The notes beneath the pieces are model-generated. The model did not search any database, had not been told where the DNA came from, and saw only the letters and a list, made by a program, of their open reading frames with translations. A stretch of DNA of 64,000 bases from an uncultured Gammaproteobacteria bacterium (GTDB lineage Bacteria; Pseudomonadota; Gammaproteobacteria; Steroidobacterales; Woeseiaceae), in NCBI GenBank assembly GCA_963850825.1, contig CAWKOQ010000015.1, positions 406-64,405 on the forward strand, in the 5' to 3' direction. Position numbers and translations under genes: made by a program. This document shows, piece after piece, positions 63,443 to 64,000 of this stretch (position 1 is the stretch's first letter; each line of letters begins with the position of its first letter).

Positions 63443-63459
63443 ACTTGTATTAGAAGACT
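63443..63459 (+). promoter_or_regulatory. Operator-like 17-mer (14/17)
   Basis: ACTTGTATTAGAAGACT, 45 nt upstream of lipoprotein start 63397. Confidence 0.6.
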
Positions 63460-64000
63460 AACTGGAGACTGTAAAAATAACCACCACCATTCTGCCGCCG
63501 ACATCAAAACAGGATCCCTGCTATCAATTTTTCTGCGTGAAACCCGTCGATTAGCTCGATTGCTTGGCAGCGAGTTTCGGTGCCAATGCGCCATTGTCGA
63601 ATGCGCTGGAAGTGCCGAGCTACTGCCTGTCTACCCCGCCAGGTCCAGAGACGATTTCGTCCTGGCCTGTTTTCATTTGCGGATATTGGTATGCAAGGTC
63701 CGCGCAAGGTGTCATGAACCTCTTTCAATGATGCCGATATGATACCGGCAAGCGCTCTGCAATCGGCGTCGGGCAACGACTGCGGCAATCTGCGATTACA
63801 CAACTTGGACAGCATCCCCAGCGTGTTCTCGACATTCGTTGCTTGACGAATGTAGTGCCGATGCGCTGGTGTACTTGTAGAACCGGTCGGTTCGCTGGCA
63901 CCGAACCATTTAATGTCAACGCCCTTACCGTCGCAGATCGAGACAAACCGGCTAATGCTGATTCCAGATAGCGTTGGTAATGAAAATCGTAACGACGAGT

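Noticed and set aside
7970-63459. Interpreting the 17-mer as a promoter element (sigma-54 -24/-12 or sigma-70 -35/-10) rather than an operator.
   Set aside because: There is no GG-N10-GC arrangement; no TGGCAC lies 11 nt upstream of the TTGC. The internal TTGCAT and TAGACT are only 3 nt apart. The motif occurs in both orientations relative to the nearest gene, which fits a protein-binding operator better.
63504-64000. Two minus-strand reading frames stay open from the right window edge, one down to 63504 and one to 63725. They might be the 3' part of a gene, a regulator or a decayed transposase.
   Set aside because: Neither translation shows a motif I can assign; both are Arg/Cys-rich with no HTH, DDE or other signature. 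Two overlapping open frames argue against a clean gene. I left this uncalled, and it needs the flanking sequence and a database search.
1-64000. A search for CRISPR arrays, rRNA, integrons, prophage or known defence-system genes.
   Set aside because: There are no regularly spaced direct repeats and no rRNA-like segments. I recognised no integrase, recombinase, nuclease, helicase or methyltransferase genes. The only mobile or addiction-type elements are the IS pseudogene and the orphan HigA.

Overview
This is a 64-kb, moderately GC-rich, densely coding proteobacterial-type segment, judged by eye. The left ~4.7 kb is a degraded junction. It holds an IS transposase with an in-frame stop, a di-haem cytochrome c peroxidase, an orphan HigA antitoxin with its own palindromic operators, an AT-rich gap with a tRNA-3'-end-like scar, a DUF423 gene with a premature TAG, and an outer-membrane-protein fragment. 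The remaining ~59 kb is one large supercluster of lipid/isoprenoid-type catabolic genes in many paralogous copies. It contains 5 adenylate-forming CoA ligases, 3 thiolases plus a scar, 2 acyl-CoA dehydrogenases, 3 SDRs plus a fragment, and 2 CrtI/RetSat-like FAD oxidoreductases. It also contains 2 carotenoid-cleavage-type oxygenases plus a fragment, 3 DUF1295/steroid-5-alpha-reductase-like membrane proteins, 5 NTF2-fold proteins, 2 hotdog thioesterases, 2 MFS transporters and a TonB-dependent receptor. Single-copy genes include a PaaN-like aldehyde dehydrogenase, an AbfD-like dehydratase, a lactonase, an amidohydrolase, a molybdopterin oxidoreductase and a fatty-acid hydroxylase. Embedded in it is a compact neutral-lipid (TAG/wax ester) synthesis cluster: PlsB-like GPAT, a HAD-PlsC fusion, WS/DGAT, lipase-like hydrolases and a hemerythrin protein. 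The most striking sequence-level signal is a 17-bp operator-like motif, ACTTKCATWATTAGACT, found 14 times. All copies are intergenic, and together they precede essentially every transcription unit of the supercluster. One copy drives an operon encoding an unusual tandem double-HxlR regulator with two Zn-ribbon-like inserts, which is my candidate cognate regulator. Several small scars (gene stubs, perfect tandem duplications, in-frame stops) show recent rearrangement. I found no rRNA, intact tRNA, CRISPR array or recognisable defence system. All functional calls rest on motif and family recognition by eye and need database confirmation.
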